Below, piece by piece: positions 63,375-64,000 of a stretch of DNA of 64,000 bases (the stretch's first letter is position 1; every line of letters begins with the position of its first letter). The stretch comes from Nymphaea colorata (taxonomy: Eukaryota). The stretch lies in assembly GCF_008831285.2 (NCBI RefSeq), contig NC_045138.2, forward strand, positions 31,620,001-31,684,000, written 5' to 3'. The notes beneath the pieces were generated by a model that saw only the letters and a list, made by a program, of their open reading frames with translations, was not told the origin of the DNA and searched no databases. Made by a program: the position numbers and the translations under genes.

Positions 63375-63581
63375 TAAGTCTGGGCACCGGGTTGGGCAGC
63401 TGCCAAATACCTGACACTCAGCCCCGAAAAAATGAGATCCGGGCCAGCCCAACTAGTTATCGGGCCAGCCCAGGTGGGCTCGATATGCCCGGATCTATAT
63501 ATTTTTAATTTAATCATGTTGGACTTGGGCCGGGCCCGGGCCAAAGTTTTAGATGTCGGGTGGGCCTGATGCTCATACTTA
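63375..63581. mobile_element. hAT-like MITE (TAAG(C/T)CTGGGCA family), second copy
   Basis: Ends taagtctgggcac / atgctcatactta; flanks caagacat / catgacac (6/8); many ggccc/cgggcc motifs. Confidence 0.7.
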
Positions 63582-64000
63582 CATGACACTTGCCAACTAA
63601 AGTGCAGTATATCTACTGTTTGCAGTTCAAAAGAGTAATACCAATGAACATTGAATTGATGACCGAACTTTTACCAGTTTGTGAGCTAGATCAGTTATTC
63701 TACACTCACCTAAATGTTTTACCCACAAAGGACATTAACCATTTTCCTTATGAAAGTAAATCCATACAAAGTACTTGGTTTGGGACAATCATCTTCGAAA
63801 CAACATTTGTTCAAAAAAGTGCTGACATAATTCAACATGAAAATCAAACATGTCCAATTCATTTACATCTCTAATCGTCATGCTTATTTGGGTGAAGTTA
63901 ACGTTCAAAGGGCTTGAAGAAATTGAATGTGTAAGGGGTGGGTGAGTTTTCATTCAGAATAAAGAGCCTGAGGGCACCCCCGATGATTTCTTTTCCCACC

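Overview
Eukaryotic, intron-rich plant nuclear DNA: AT-rich intergenic DNA, GT-AG introns, microsatellites and many short transposon remnants. It is an angiosperm; the species cannot be fixed from sequence alone. Six protein-coding genes were reconstructed by hand. (1) A GT4/Glycos_transf_1-type glycosyltransferase (+, 4 coding exons, ~720 aa). (2) A large Enhancer-of-Polycomb-related (EPCR-type) Tudor/EPL1 chromatin protein (-, 4 exons, ~1950 aa). (3) A 3-hydroxyisobutyryl-CoA hydrolase-like crotonase (+, 10 exons, ~431 aa). (4) A NUDX20-like Nudix hydrolase (-, 9 exons, ~375 aa). (5) A small single-exon acidic protein of unknown function (-, 136 aa). (6) A P-class PPR protein with an uninterrupted ORF (+, ~600-625 aa). 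Introns and intergenic DNA hold hAT-type MITEs with 8-bp TSDs, Tourist/PIF-type MITEs, two tRNA-derived SINE candidates, a probable decayed LINE 3' end and a possible solo LTR. No CRISPR array, tRNA, rRNA or prokaryote-style system is supported, and I found no convincing wholly new biological system. The best leads are regulatory or structural: a SINE inserted at a MITE terminus, a MITE carrying a ~490-nt polypyrimidine tract, a candidate ATG-bearing 10-nt micro-exon, alternative starts in the HIBCH-like gene, a putative NMD-type 3'UTR intron plus telo-box in the EPCR gene, and a GC-rich tandem repeat upstream of the Nudix gene.
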